From the IMG/VR virus record IMGVR_UViG_3300025929_000013, positions 1-64,000 of that record: DNA of 64,000 nt; one strand, 5' to 3'. The notes under the pieces were generated by a model. That model made no database searches, was not told where the DNA came from, and worked only from the letters and a program-made list of their open reading frames with translations. Below, piece after piece: positions 47,534-57,137 of the stretch. The position numbers were made by a program, and so were the translations under genes. Source of the DNA: a virus. Every line of letters begins with the position of its first letter. Within the stretch, counting starts at the first letter, position 1.

Positions 47534-48034
47534 CTAGTTGTAGAGCCCTGCCTTGCGGCGGGCTGCTTCGACAACGAGTGAATGAACGGGGCAGAATTCG
47601 CAGAGATATCTGCTCAGCGAGCTGCGGAATTTGCCCATGCCCAGCTCTTTGCGCTCCTGCTGCGTGGCGGGCGTCAGCTTCTTGCGATCAGATTTGTATT
47701 CGTTGCACGCCGGGTTGCGGTGGTGCGCGGCCCAGCAGGCGAGGGCGTCCTCGGTGAAGGTGTCCCGCGTGGTGTAGAACTCCGGGTCCAGGCCCGTGTG
47801 TCCGCTGGCCTCGCGGATGCGCGCGACGATCGCCTCACGGGCGCAGGGGGAGTCCCAGAACCGCTTCTCGACCAGGTAGGTCAGGCCCTTGTGCGTCAGG
47901 CCGCTGCGCTCGGTGTGCCGGGTTTCTATCAGGTGCGCGAGGACTTCGTCCTGCTCAGGCGGCCCTTCATAGTCGGGCAGAGGCTCGACCGTGAGACAGT
48001 CGTCGCACCGCAGCAGCCTGATGTTCTCAGCCAT
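47534..48034 (-). CDS. Zn-binding hypothetical protein
   Basis: CDDC...H...C..HH...C...CEFCP. Confidence 0.7.
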   Translation of the reverse strand: MAENIRLLRCDDCLTVEPLPDYEGPPEQDEVLAHLIETRHTERSGLTHKGLTYLVEKRFWDSPCAREAIVARIREASGHTGLDPEFYTTRDTFTEDALACWAAHHRNPACNEYKSDRKKLTPATQQERKELGMGKFRSSLSRYLCEFCPVHSLVVEAARRKAGLYN

Positions 48035-48117
48035 GTGTCATCCGAGGGTCGCGAAAGAGAGCGGCGACATTCCCTCGGAGACGGGGCGATTCGAGATCCA
48101 CTCTAGCAGCGGTACGG

Positions 48118-49227
48118 CTATGCGGCGGCGGTCAGCTGACCCCAGGTCACCGGGCCGATCACACCGTCCTGCGCGATCTTGCGCGCGCCCTGGAAGCGCT
48201 TGGTCGCGGCGGCGGTGTGCGGGCCGTAGACGCCGTCGATCCCGGCGGGGTCGAAGCCGAGCAGCCAGAGCATGGCCTGGGCGCGCTGCACGTGGGCGCC
48301 CTGGCTCCCGCTGGCCAGGATGAGGCCGGGGTAGTGCAGATCGACACGGTGGGCGCCGAGGCAGCCCCAGGTGATCGGGCCGACGACGCCGTCCACGGCC
48401 AGGTCCCAGGCGCCCTGCGCGTGCTGCACGGCGGCCAGGGTGCGGAAGCCGAACTGCCCGTCGATGCCCTGGCTGTCATAGCCCAGGGCCGAGAGCAGAC
48501 TCTGTGCGGCGCGCACGTCGTCGCCGCCCATGCCGATGCTCAGGGTGCGGTGCACGCCGGTGGTGTTGGGCACGGCGTCGGTGACCGGCTCGCCGAGCAT
48601 GGCCGCGAACTCGGCCGCGGTGCCGCGGTAGGCGTTGAAGTCGACCTTCTGGCCCTGCTCATTGGCGGCGTCGGTGTACTGCCACAGCGCCGGTGTCATG
48701 CCGCCGTAGGGATTCCAGCCCACGCCGCCGTCTCCGCCGTCCGCCTCGTACTGGGACAGGCCCGTGCCCGCGGCGCCGGGGTAGTTGGAGGAGATCAGGA
48801 ACATCCCGCGATCGCGCAGGGGCTTCAGGTCGACCGAGCCCCAGTACTGCTGCCAGTACCATTTGGGCAGGTAGAGCAGCTTGATGCGCAGGCCGCGGGC
48901 GTGGGCCTCGTCGATGATGTTGCAGACCAGTGCGAGGCTGGGGGCCTTGCCTGCCACGACCTCCACGTCCAGCATGCCCGGCAGGCTCTTGTCCCCGACG
49001 TGGTTGGCCATGTTCTGGGCCTGGGCTGCGGCGGAGTCGGCGACCGTGGCGAAGTGGTACCAGATGCCCGGCCTGCCCGCCTTGGTGACCTGCGCCATCC
49101 ACGCCGGGTAGAACGGATCTACGTAAGACGCGCCCTGCGTCGCCTTGACCAGGTAGAAGTCGCCGTCCGGCAGGGGCAGTACGAGTCCCTGCTGGTAGCT
49201 GGCGATGTCCGGTCCGCGCAGTGTCAT
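48118..49227 (-). CDS. endolysin: GH25 muramidase plus two peptidoglycan-binding domains
   Basis: DIASYQ, VKATQG, YHF, LDVE, WQYT, VDFN; two DG.FG/YG..T..AV..Q...DGVVGP.TW repeats. Confidence 0.9.
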   Translation of the reverse strand: MTLRGPDIASYQQGLVLPLPDGDFYLVKATQGASYVDPFYPAWMAQVTKAGRPGIWYHFATVADSAAAQAQNMANHVGDKSLPGMLDVEVVAGKAPSLALVCNIIDEAHARGLRIKLLYLPKWYWQQYWGSVDLKPLRDRGMFLISSNYPGAAGTGLSQYEADGGDGGVGWNPYGGMTPALWQYTDAANEQGQKVDFNAYRGTAAEFAAMLGEPVTDAVPNTTGVHRTLSIGMGGDDVRAAQSLLSALGYDSQGIDGQFGFRTLAAVQHAQGAWDLAVDGVVGPITWGCLGAHRVDLHYPGLILASGSQGAHVQRAQAMLWLLGFDPAGIDGVYGPHTAAATKRFQGARKIAQDGVIGPVTWGQLTAAA

Positions 49228-49297
49228 GACAAACCCCCGGGCTTGTTCGAGTCTTTTCATCCATGCTCGAACGATTTCCCGGGGGTCTGTTAGGTGC

Positions 49298-49474
49298 TTA
49301 TTGCGGCGGGCGCCGGATACTCCAGCCGGTGCCGACGCCGAGCAGGTGCACCGCGAGGCAGAAGAGGCCAGCGAGCGCGAGGCTCAGCGGGCTGAACCAG
49401 GCGTTGGTCGACGTGCCGCTGCCGTTGATGATGAACGCGACGGCGAACAGGATCGCTGCGATCAGTCCGAACAT
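49298..49474 (-). CDS. 58-aa two-TM membrane protein (holin candidate)
   Basis: Translated by hand: MFGLIAAILFAVAFIINGSG...LALAGLFCLAVHLLGVG; directly upstream of the endolysin. Confidence 0.6.
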   Translation of the reverse strand: MFGLIAAILFAVAFIINGSGTSTNAWFSPLSLALAGLFCLAVHLLGVGTGWSIRRPPQ

Positions 49475-49476
49475 GC

Positions 49477-49722
49477 TCAGCCCCAGGGGTCGGCGGGCGG
49501 GGTGGCGCAGTACGCCTGGGTGCGCACCGGGCCGCGGGTGGGGGCCTGCTTGACCTCGGCCTCGTGGATGCCGAAATATAGGTCGTGCAGGTCGCTACGG
49601 GATTCCTGGGTCATGGCGTCAACCTGGAGGCCGCCGCGGTCGCGCACGACCTTCTTGTAGGTCCCGTCGGTCAATCCGCTGTCGAGCTCGCGGTTCATCG
49701 AGCGCAGCTGGGGCAGTCCCAT
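49477..49722 (-). CDS. hypothetical protein
   Basis: ORF track, internal ATG. Confidence 0.6.
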   Translation of the reverse strand: MGLPQLRSMNRELDSGLTDGTYKKVVRDRGGLQVDAMTQESRSDLHDLYFGIHEAEVKQAPTRGPVRTQAYCATPPADPWG

Positions 49723-49723
49723 C

Positions 49724-49957
49724 TCACGCCCCCTTTCCAGGAGAGCCGGGGGCCGCGGGGACCTTGGGTGCGGCGGGCATGCGGGTGGCGATCGCGTGCT
49801 CCCCGGCGGCGACCTTGAACGTGGAGGCCTGCGAGACCGCGGCGGTGCTCGCCTGCTTGGCCCGGGGCCTATGGGTATGAATGGCGAAAGCACCGTTGTC
49901 ACCGTTGCCTGTGTGGCGCGCGTCGAACGTCCCCTTCGGATGCGGCTTGACAGCCAT
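49724..49957 (-). CDS. small basic hypothetical protein
   Basis: coupled ORF. Confidence 0.55.
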   Translation of the reverse strand: MAVKPHPKGTFDARHTGNGDNGAFAIHTHRPRAKQASTAAVSQASTFKVAAGEHAIATRMPAAPKVPAAPGSPGKGA

Positions 49958-50259
49958 CACATCACCCCCAGGGTCGGGTAGCTAGTGCCGCTGTATCCGG
50001 CCTGCGAGCCGGTGTAGTCCACGCGCGGCAGCGGGAACTTGGAGTCCACCGCGAGCACGTCCGCGATGGTCGGCTGCTGGCACGGGCCGTATCCGAAGCG
50101 GGGCGGCGCGGGCTTGCCGATGTTCGCGATCGGCGGGCGGATCGCCTCGATCGCCGCGGTCGAGAGCCTGGCCTGGCCGCTCAGTGCGCGGCTGACCTGG
50201 TTCTCCTGCAAGCTCTGCCACGGCTTGGTGGTGTCGTAGACCGTATTCGAGTTCTGCAT
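49957..50259 (-). CDS. hypothetical protein
   Basis: coupled ORF. Confidence 0.6.
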   Translation of the reverse strand: MQNSNTVYDTTKPWQSLQENQVSRALSGQARLSTAAIEAIRPPIANIGKPAPPRFGYGPCQQPTIADVLAVDSKFPLPRVDYTGSQAGYSGTSYPTLGVM

Positions 50260-50262
50260 CAC

Positions 50263-50790
50263 TTAGCTCCACGCCGGTCGCAGGTGCGCGAGCTGCGCGA
50301 CCCGCCTGGGATTGGTCTGGCCGAGGGCGTTGGGGTCCTCGGGGTAGCTCACCTGCTTCATCCGGTACATCTCGGCCGGGCTGGCGGCCGGGACCTTGCC
50401 CAGGTGCGCCAGGCGCTCGACCTCGTTGCCGTGCGCGGTCCAGCGCTCGCCGCCGCGCTGCTGGGCCTCGATGCCGGACATCAGGTTCAGCTCGGGACGC
50501 CAGAAATAGTCGTTGAGGTCAATGCGCTCACCCTTGTGCACGCCGCGCTGGTACTGGCGCTGGGTCAGGCGACCCTGCACGTTGAGCATCACCCGGTCCT
50601 GGCGCCGGTCTATCAGGGTACCGATATAACCGTCTGGATACTGTGCCTGGGGGGCGCGGCCGGTCTGCATCATGCGCCGGGCGTCCTGGATGGAGCGCCC
50701 GCCGATCAGCGGCACGCCGCCGTTGGCGTTCTGGACGACAGAGCCCTGCTGACCCACGCCCATCGGCGGGTTGTACATCCAGTTCGGCAT
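50263..50790 (-). CDS. hypothetical protein
   Basis: YPDGYIGT...YQRGVHKGERID..DY.W looks like a conserved motif. Confidence 0.7.
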   Translation of the reverse strand: MPNWMYNPPMGVGQQGSVVQNANGGVPLIGGRSIQDARRMMQTGRAPQAQYPDGYIGTLIDRRQDRVMLNVQGRLTQRQYQRGVHKGERIDLNDYFWRPELNLMSGIEAQQRGGERWTAHGNEVERLAHLGKVPAASPAEMYRMKQVSYPEDPNALGQTNPRRVAQLAHLRPAWS

Positions 50791-50974
50791 GGGTCACCCC
50801 CTTACATCGAGGACTTGCGGGCCGCCTGGTCGGCGGTCGGCATGGGGCTGATCGGCGAGGCGCCCGGGGCAGGTGCCGGATGAGCGCGCACGCCCGGCTG
50901 GCCCTGTGCGGCGAGCGAGGTGGAGAACTGGTGCGGGCTGATCGGCGCGGCGCCGGAGGTGTCGTAGCCGGACA

Positions 50975-51301
50975 TCAGTTCGGCTCCGGACCGAGGCCGT
51001 CGAACCCGGCGCGCCAGGTGTCCTTCTGGCCGTGGCTGGAGGGCAGCATGTAGACGTTGCGGCCCAGGCCCTCGGCGGGGGCGGGGTAGGCGCGGGTGGC
51101 GGTGACCACGTTGCAGGCGCCGGAGGTCTCCTTGGTCTGGGAGCGGCGGCCGACCGGCTGGCGGGTGGGGTCCTTGGTCTTGCCCGAGCCCTTCTTGGGC
51201 ACGAGGGTGCCGCCCTTGACCCCGACGGCGCGCGAGGACGTGGCGTCCGAGGTGCCGATCAAGGGCCCCATCGGCGAGATCTCGTTGCGGCTCTTGGCCA
51301 T
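50975..51301 (-). CDS. small basic hypothetical protein
   Basis: GGAGG RBS; TATACT upstream on the - strand. Confidence 0.6.
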   Translation of the reverse strand: MAKSRNEISPMGPLIGTSDATSSRAVGVKGGTLVPKKGSGKTKDPTRQPVGRRSQTKETSGACNVVTATRAYPAPAEGLGRNVYMLPSSHGQKDTWRAGFDGLGPEPN

Positions 51302-51379
51302 GGACGTGCCTCCGACATGAGCGGCCTAAGTGCGAGCGGGTGACGATCGGCCCTGCCCACAGTATAAAGACGTGGATGC

Positions 51380-51697
51380 CTAAGCCGTGAGTGAGGCTTC
51401 GCGGCGGCGATCGCTGCCCCAGCCCCCGCCCACGGCCTCCACCCGGAAGCTCAGGGCGCTGACGCTGCCCTCGGCGACCTGCGCGTCGGTGAACGCGATC
51501 GTGGTGATCACTGTGAGGCCCCGCTGGGCGAGGTAGCCCTGGGCGATGGGCACGGACTTCGCAGCCTGGTTCACGGCGCTCGGCCCGATGGCGCGCATCT
51601 CGACGGTGCGCCCGTCGGCCAGGGCGTGCGCGACCGCGCTGCCCAGCTCGACGGCGGGGGTTCCGCTCTTGACGCGGAAGACGCGCGGCGCGGCCAT
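51380..51697 (-). CDS. spoVS: stage V sporulation protein S family
   Basis: FRVKSGT...GSAVA.AL...VEMRAIGPSAVNQAAKSVPIAQGYL...AF. Confidence 0.88.
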   Translation of the reverse strand: MAAPRVFRVKSGTPAVELGSAVAHALADGRTVEMRAIGPSAVNQAAKSVPIAQGYLAQRGLTVITTIAFTDAQVAEGSVSALSFRVEAVGGGWGSDRRREASLTA

Positions 51698-51766
51698 GGT
51701 GCTCCAAATCCGGTACTTCAGATACGAGTCCTTGTACTGAAGGTACGGCCGGGCCCTGCGGCGGTG

Positions 51767-52351
51767 TTACGCCGCCCGCGCGGTGCGCTTCATCTCGGTG
51801 TGCGGCGTGAGGGTCTGGCGCATGCGCACGTCGCGCGGCTCGTCGCCGCGGGTGGACATCGCCTTGGCGATACGGGCGAGCACGTAGGCGTCGGCGGCGT
51901 TATCGGCCTGCGCCTTGGTCATCTCCTTGGCGAAGTCGATGCCCCACAGGCCCTTGACGGAGGCGATGACGATGTCCTTGGGCGCGCGCCCGGTGCCGGA
52001 GACGAACTTCTTGAGCGTGGGCGGAGGCACGAGGGTGGGGTAGCACACGGGGGAGTCCAGGGTCATGCGCAGCACGGTCTTGACCACCGCGCCCAGCTCC
52101 CCGGCCTCCTCGCGCCCGTGGCTGGCGCCGTAGGCGTAGCCCTCCATGCACACGTGGGCGACGTAGTAGCCGTGGCGGGTGTGGGTGATCTGCTCGGTCA
52201 GCCAGCGGCCGATCGCGTTGAGCCGGTCGACGCCGCTGCCATAGCTGCCCGGGGGGAACGCGGTGACCGTGGTGGTGTGCCCGTGAGGCCGCAGGATGCT
52301 CAGGCCGAATCCGCTGTAAGACTGGTCGATGCCGATCCAGCACTCGCTCAC
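51767..52351 (-). CDS. RuvC-like Holliday junction resolvase
   Basis: IGIDQS, MEGY, ELG.VVK, P.TLKKF..G.G.A.K, DNAADA. Confidence 0.85.
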   Translation of the reverse strand: MSECWIGIDQSYSGFGLSILRPHGHTTTVTAFPPGSYGSGVDRLNAIGRWLTEQITHTRHGYYVAHVCMEGYAYGASHGREEAGELGAVVKTVLRMTLDSPVCYPTLVPPPTLKKFVSGTGRAPKDIVIASVKGLWGIDFAKEMTKAQADNAADAYVLARIAKAMSTRGDEPRDVRMRQTLTPHTEMKRTARAA

Positions 52352-52653
52352 GGCACGTCCCGGAATTTGGAGACGCTGTGGACGCGCATGTACAGCTCCG
52401 GTCCGAAGCGGCTTTCGACCGTGTCGAAATACACCTCGAAGCGCACCACACGGCGCCCGAGCAGGCCCGCGCTCTCGTAGGAATGGCTGAGCATGCGCCC
52501 CAGGCTGTAGCGCAGGGCGTCGGGCACGCCGAACCGGTCTATGCGGTCGTCGAGGAACTCGGACGGAAAGACCTCGCGGCACACCATCAGCCCGTGGGGA
52601 TCATCCTTCTCGGGCATGCGCACGGTGTCGTCGGGCACGATCACGGGTTCCAC
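52348..52653 (-). CDS. hypothetical protein
   Basis: coupled ORF. Confidence 0.6.
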   Translation of the reverse strand: MEPVIVPDDTVRMPEKDDPHGLMVCREVFPSEFLDDRIDRFGVPDALRYSLGRMLSHSYESAGLLGRRVVRFEVYFDTVESRFGPELYMRVHSVSKFRDVP

Positions 52654-53113
52654 CTTCCGGTCCGGGTTTCTCTGTCGTGTCGTGCGGTGCGCCGGGTCAG
52701 CTCCCGGGAGACGACGGCGCCGCTGCGTTCGGCGTTGTCGCGCGCCACGGCGGCGAATCCGCGGCTGGCGCGCACGAACTGGTGCTCGCCGTCTAGCTGC
52801 TCCACGGCCGCGTCCGAGAGGGCGGCGGCCTTCTGGGCGGCGACCGTGCGCAACTCCGGACGGCGCAGGGACGCGGCGGCCCTCTCCCGGTTCAGCGCCG
52901 TCTCCAGATCCTTCTCGTCGCTCTCGTATCGGCGGCGACCGCGGCGGCGAACGCCGTCCAGGCGCCGTAGACCACCAGCAGGCGCATCAGCTCGTCGTCG
53001 GACAGCTCGGTGATGTCCTGCGGCAGCTCGGGCATGTCGCCGTCGGGCTCGACCGGCAGGCGCAGGCCGCGGTTCTCCACCGCGCGCGCGGCTCTGCGGG
53101 TGACCGGCCTCAC
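52641..53113 (-). pseudogene. helical protein (possibly UvsY-like) split by a frameshift near 52928
   Basis: Frame 1 reads ...WTAFAAAVAAD; a 1-nt shift continues YESDEKDLETALNRE...SRELTRR. Confidence 0.5.
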
Positions 53114-54018
53114 GTGAGGGCCTCGCAGTCGCGGCACGCGCCGGGGAAGCGGCACGCCGGATCGGGTCCGACGCCGTCCAGAGCCAGCTTGATCTGCGCG
53201 GCGCCGGTCAGGATCGGTTTGATCAAGCTCTTGTCGTACTTGACGGAGAATTCCTTCGCGTCCTGCGACAGCTTGGAGTCGTAGAGGTAGACCATGCGGT
53301 CGACCGGGATTCCCATGGTGCGCGCGAGGTAGAGGTAGATCTGGCCCTGGCGCAGGTGCGCGACGAACGGCTTGTGGATCGCGTCCCACAGGCCCTTGAG
53401 GTCCAGGACCGTGCCGCGGGGGGTGTCGTAGGTGTGCCGCTCCAGCAGGGCGGGGTCGGCGTAGCGCACGGTGCCCTCGCCGACCGTCTTGATCTCCACC
53501 AGGCAGTGGCGCTCGGGCACGTATCCGTCGGTGCGCCCCTCGATCATCAGGTCGGGGTCTTGCAGGGGCAGCTCGTCGTAGACCAGCAGCGCGCTGCCGC
53601 AGTCGCACCATTTCGGGGCGCGCGCGTAGAAGCGCGACTCGCACGCCAGGCAGCGCCAGTAGCCCTCCAGCAGGCTCATCTGGGTCATCCAGCGCTGCCA
53701 GCGGGCGTGCGCGTCGTGTCCGTAGGTGAAGACGGCCTCGCGGGAGAAGGTCTGGCGCTCGCGGGTGCTCACGCTGCCGCGCAGACGCTCAAGGTTGGCG
53801 CGGGGGCACCAGCCGGTGCGGCAGATGTCGCTGGGATGTAGAGCGTGAGGGTTGCGCTCGGGGTCGGGCTTGCGGGCCGCGTCGAGGACGTGGGCGCGGA
53901 TGTCGGCGAGCAGGACGGTGGGGATTTTTCGGTTGGCGAGAAGCTCGGCGAGGCCGCGGGCGCCCCCCGTCGGCGCCGCTTTCGCCGTGTTGGTGCGGTG
54001 GGGGGTCGCCATTGCCAT
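53110..54018 (-). CDS. Cas4-like PD-(D/E)XK exonuclease
   Basis: HPSDIC..WCPR, G...H, E..L, GRTDG...EIKT, Q.QIY, terminal Cys cluster. Confidence 0.85.
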   Translation of the reverse strand: MAMATPHRTNTAKAAPTGGARGLAELLANRKIPTVLLADIRAHVLDAARKPDPERNPHALHPSDICRTGWCPRANLERLRGSVSTRERQTFSREAVFTYGHDAHARWQRWMTQMSLLEGYWRCLACESRFYARAPKWCDCGSALLVYDELPLQDPDLMIEGRTDGYVPERHCLVEIKTVGEGTVRYADPALLERHTYDTPRGTVLDLKGLWDAIHKPFVAHLRQGQIYLYLARTMGIPVDRMVYLYDSKLSQDAKEFSVKYDKSLIKPILTGAAQIKLALDGVGPDPACRFPGACRDCEALT

Positions 54019-54311
54019 TTCTCCGGCTCGTCGGGGTTCTCGCGTTTGATCGCCTTGCGGTCGTGCTGCTGGAGCCCGCCCCACACACCCCAGGACTCGT
54101 TGTTGAGGATCGCTCGCTTCAGGCAGCGCTGGCGCATGGGGCACACCGGGCCGCCGGAGTCGCCGTTGCAGATCGCCATGGCCTGGGGGGCGGAGTCGAA
54201 CCAGGGGTCCGCGCCGAAACGGGGGCGAGGGAATTTGCGGCACAGGGCCTCGCGCAGCGGGTCGTCGCCGCGCGACCAGTCCACCGCGCGATCCCTGGAC
54301 ATCAACACCAT
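53769..54311 (-). CDS. whiB: WhiB-family transcription factor
   Basis: ALC...WF...A.AIC...CP.R..CL..A...E.WGVWGG. Confidence 0.85.
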   Translation of the reverse strand: MVLMSRDRAVDWSRGDDPLREALCRKFPRPRFGADPWFDSAPQAMAICNGDSGGPVCPMRQRCLKRAILNNESWGVWGGLQQHDRKAIKRENPDEPEKWQWRPPTAPTRRKRRRRGAPAASPSFSPTEKSPPSCSPTSAPTSSTRPASPTPSATLTLYIPATSAAPAGAPAPTLSVCAAA

Positions 54312-54619
54312 TACCCGCCCCCTGTCAGTTCGAGGAAGTGGTCCTTGGTGATCACCGCGTACTCGCGGCCCGCGAGGTCGACCATGACCACCGGCTCGCG
54401 CCCGTCGAGCAGCGCCTGGCGCTCGACCGTCTCCAGCACGTCGCGGCGCAGGCTGAAGCTGCGCGACGCGGTCGTCTTGTACTCGAAGGAGTGGTAGCGG
54501 TTGCGCGCGTCGTTCTTCGCGACCCAGCCGTTGCCGGAGCCGGGCGTCAGGGTGCTGCCGGTCTCGCGGGCGCCGTTGCGCTCCTGCTTGCGGCTGCGCC
54601 GCTGTCCCGGGGTGCTCAT
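54311..54619 (-). CDS. small PD-(D/E)XK nuclease (Hjc-like)
   Basis: QE......G...PGSG.....ND.....FEYK. Confidence 0.7.
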   Translation of the reverse strand: MSTPGQRRSRKQERNGARETGSTLTPGSGNGWVAKNDARNRYHSFEYKTTASRSFSLRRDVLETVERQALLDGREPVVMVDLAGREYAVITKDHFLELTGGG

Positions 54620-54933
54620 GCCTCGATCCACTTTCCGCCGGTGATCCAGCCGTGGTTGCCGCAGTGCGGGCACAGCAGCGAGGGCACGACCGTGAGCGGG
54701 TCCTGGCACACCAGCTCGTGCTTGGAGCGCGCCAGGTGCCCGGGGACGTTGGTGAACCCGATCCACCCGCCGCACCAGTGCTCGTCGGCGGCGTTCCAGT
54801 GCCAGGTCATCAGGCCGACGCGGGCGGCGGTGCCGGACTGGGTCTCCCAGTCGGCGTACTGATCGTCCCCGAGCGGAAAGACGCTCTCGTTGCCGGGCCA
54901 TGTGGTCGGCGGCGTGTCGTGTTCCCTGATCAT
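54616..54933 (-). CDS. DUF6527-like protein
   Basis: PLTVVPSLLC..C..HGWITGGKW. Confidence 0.6.
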   Translation of the reverse strand: MIREHDTPPTTWPGNESVFPLGDDQYADWETQSGTAARVGLMTWHWNAADEHWCGGWIGFTNVPGHLARSKHELVCQDPLTVVPSLLCPHCGNHGWITGGKWIEA

Positions 54934-55319
54934 CGCGCCACCGCCTCGGGTGCGTCGGCCGCGGTCAGGTGCACCGGGCGCAGGCCGTCGGGGTGGTCGG
55001 TCAGGGTGTCGCGTGCGATGCGCAGCCCGTCCTGGTAGGCGCTCCAGCGCTGTCCCAGGCCCGGATCGGCGCGCTCCATCTCGGCGTAGCGCCCGGCGGC
55101 CTCGTACTCCCGGCACAGCGCGGTGACCGCGCCGTGGTAGCGCGAGCGCAGCGCCTGGAGCTCGTCGACCAGATAGCCGATCTCGTCGTTGTCGTGGCTC
55201 CAGCCGCGTTCGGCGTCCAGCAGCGCGGTGACGACCTCGGCCAGCGACGGGTACGCGGGCGAATCCGGGGAGGTGTTGCGCAGGCGGTAGGTCAGGCGGC
55301 GCAGGTCGTTCAGGCTCAT
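54930..55319 (-). CDS. hypothetical protein
   Basis: coupled ORF. Confidence 0.6.
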   Translation of the reverse strand: MSLNDLRRLTYRLRNTSPDSPAYPSLAEVVTALLDAERGWSHDNDEIGYLVDELQALRSRYHGAVTALCREYEAAGRYAEMERADPGLGQRWSAYQDGLRIARDTLTDHPDGLRPVHLTAADAPEAVAR

Positions 55320-55606
55320 CGCGCGCCCCCCGTGCAGCGCGGGTCGTTCGCGACCACCGCGATGCCGCCGTAGGGGCTGTCGTTGTGGTAAATGGTGTAC
55401 ACCATGTCGGGGCCGTCGCATTTGCGCGACCAGTTGCTAAAGCCGTCGGGCATGTTGCCGACGGTCGCCGGGCTGTCGTTCTGCACGCGGGTGCGCTGGG
55501 CGTCGTTGTACGGCTGCTGTGCCTTGTTCGAGCAGGCGACCGCGGTCGACAGGACGGTGCACACGACGCCGATCGCGCCGACAATGAGCGTGGTCTTGGG
55601 GATCAT
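55316..55606 (-). CDS. small lipoprotein
   Basis: Signal peptide with AVAC lipobox; MPDGFSN...KCDG. Confidence 0.7.
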   Translation of the reverse strand: MIPKTTLIVGAIGVVCTVLSTAVACSNKAQQPYNDAQRTRVQNDSPATVGNMPDGFSNWSRKCDGPDMVYTIYHNDSPYGGIAVVANDPRCTGGAR

Positions 55607-56646
55607 CGGGTTCCCTCCGGGAAGGCGCGGGTCAGGATCTGCTTGCGCAGCTGCTCCTGGGCGGTCAGGTCGCCGCGCAGCAGGTCGACGAGCGCGTCCT
55701 TGCCCTTCACCCGTACACCGGTGACCGTGTAGTAGGCCCCGGACCGCTCGATCGCCTCGTAGAGCACGCCCATGGTCACCAGCTCCTTGACCTCGTCGTA
55801 CTCGCCCTGGCGAAAGCCCAGCAGCGGGGCGTCATCGAAATAAAAATCGATGGTTGCGATGCGGTGCGGCGCCGCGCTCTTGTTCTTGATCGTCCTGGCT
55901 TTGATCGTCTGGCCGACACGGGCGGCGCCCTTGCCGGGGCGCGTCTCGTCGATGTACTCCGCCCGCGCCACCTCGACCCGCGCGTAATACGCGTAGTTCT
56001 TTGCGTTTCCGCCCGGTGATGTACGGGGGGTGCCCTGGGGGGAGTAGCCGCCGATCTTGTCGCGCCACTGGTTGATGATCAGCCCGAGCAGCGGGCGCTC
56101 CGTGCCGGTCATGGCCCTGGCCGTGGATGTTCCGGCCTTGCGAAAGAATTTCCCGGTCAGGCGCGCGCCGAGGGCCACCTGGAGCTCGTCGATGCCCTTC
56201 TCCTCCTCCTGGTCGGGGATCAGGGCGGGGTAGGAGTCCAGGACGATGGTGTCCACGGCGCGGGAGGCGGCGGCCTCCAGCATCGCCGAGTAGGCCTCTT
56301 CCATCGAGTTGGTGGGGTGCAGCAGGACCCTGTGGTTGTCCACGCCGAGAGCGGCGGCCCAGGCCTCGTCGTATCCCTCGGCGGCGACCCACCAGCAGGT
56401 GAATGCGGGGTCGACGCGCTGGTTCTCGGCGATGGTCTTGAGGACGACGGCGGTCTTGCCGGAGCTTTCCTGGCCGATGACCTCGGTCCACTGGTTGCCC
56501 GGCCAGCCGCCGCCCAGGGCGATGTCCAGGGACAGGGAGCCGCTGGGGAAGCGGGGGGCCGCGGGGACGTCGGCGGCCAGGACGAGGGTGTTCTCGCCGT
56601 ACTTCTTGTTGATCTTCGCGATCAGAGCGGTGACGACCGGGTCCAT
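55603..56646 (-). CDS. recA: RecA-like recombinase
   Basis: SGSLSLDIALGGG.P, E..GQESSGKT, IVLDS, INQWR.KIG, PGGNA. Confidence 0.93.
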   Translation of the reverse strand: MDPVVTALIAKINKKYGENTLVLAADVPAAPRFPSGSLSLDIALGGGWPGNQWTEVIGQESSGKTAVVLKTIAENQRVDPAFTCWWVAAEGYDEAWAAALGVDNHRVLLHPTNSMEEAYSAMLEAAASRAVDTIVLDSYPALIPDQEEEKGIDELQVALGARLTGKFFRKAGTSTARAMTGTERPLLGLIINQWRDKIGGYSPQGTPRTSPGGNAKNYAYYARVEVARAEYIDETRPGKGAARVGQTIKARTIKNKSAAPHRIATIDFYFDDAPLLGFRQGEYDEVKELVTMGVLYEAIERSGAYYTVTGVRVKGKDALVDLLRGDLTAQEQLRKQILTRAFPEGTR

Positions 56647-56753
56647 GCCTTCTCCGAATCAGAGTTCGAGGAAGGCGTTTCGGCTGCGTACAGGGCCGAC
56701 GATCCCGGTGTTACGATGCGCTGCGACGATAGTGTACTGCGCCGGGGGCTAGT

Positions 56754-57137
56754 TCACTTGATCCGGCCGATGATCTGTTGCGGCCGGTAGCCGCCCTCCT
56801 TGTTGACCTGCCGGGAGGGCGTGGCGGCGGTGCGGTCGGTGGAGACCATGCCGGAGGTCGTGTGCAGCACCGGGTAGCCGCAGGTGTAGCAGCGCGGTTT
56901 GGTCTCCGGGGTGGGCTTGAAGTAGTCGCCGGAGGTGCACGCCGGGCAGCGGTCGACCAGGCTCGCGGACTGCGCCTGGCGCGGCGCCGGAGGGGGCTCC
57001 TCGCTCTGCTGCGGCACCGGCGCAGCGGGCGCTGGCGGGGCGAGTGGGCGCGGCGCCCACCAGGCGTCGAGCGGGGCCTGGTCGCGCGCGGGTGCGGGCG
57101 GGGTGGCGGCGCCGACGGCGCGTTCCCAGAAGCCCAT
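56754..57137 (-). CDS. Pro-rich zinc-ribbon protein
   Basis: CPAC...CYTCGYP. Confidence 0.65.
   Translation of the reverse strand: MGFWERAVGAATPPAPARDQAPLDAWWAPRPLAPPAPAAPVPQQSEEPPPAPRQAQSASLVDRCPACTSGDYFKPTPETKPRCYTCGYPVLHTTSGMVSTDRTAATPSRQVNKEGGYRPQQIIGRIK

Noticed and set aside
53110-54018. Cas4-like gene as the adaptation module of the array
   Set aside because: It lies about 22 kb away inside the replication/recombination operon, where stand-alone Cas4-like nucleases are common in phages; no cas1 or cas2 is present.
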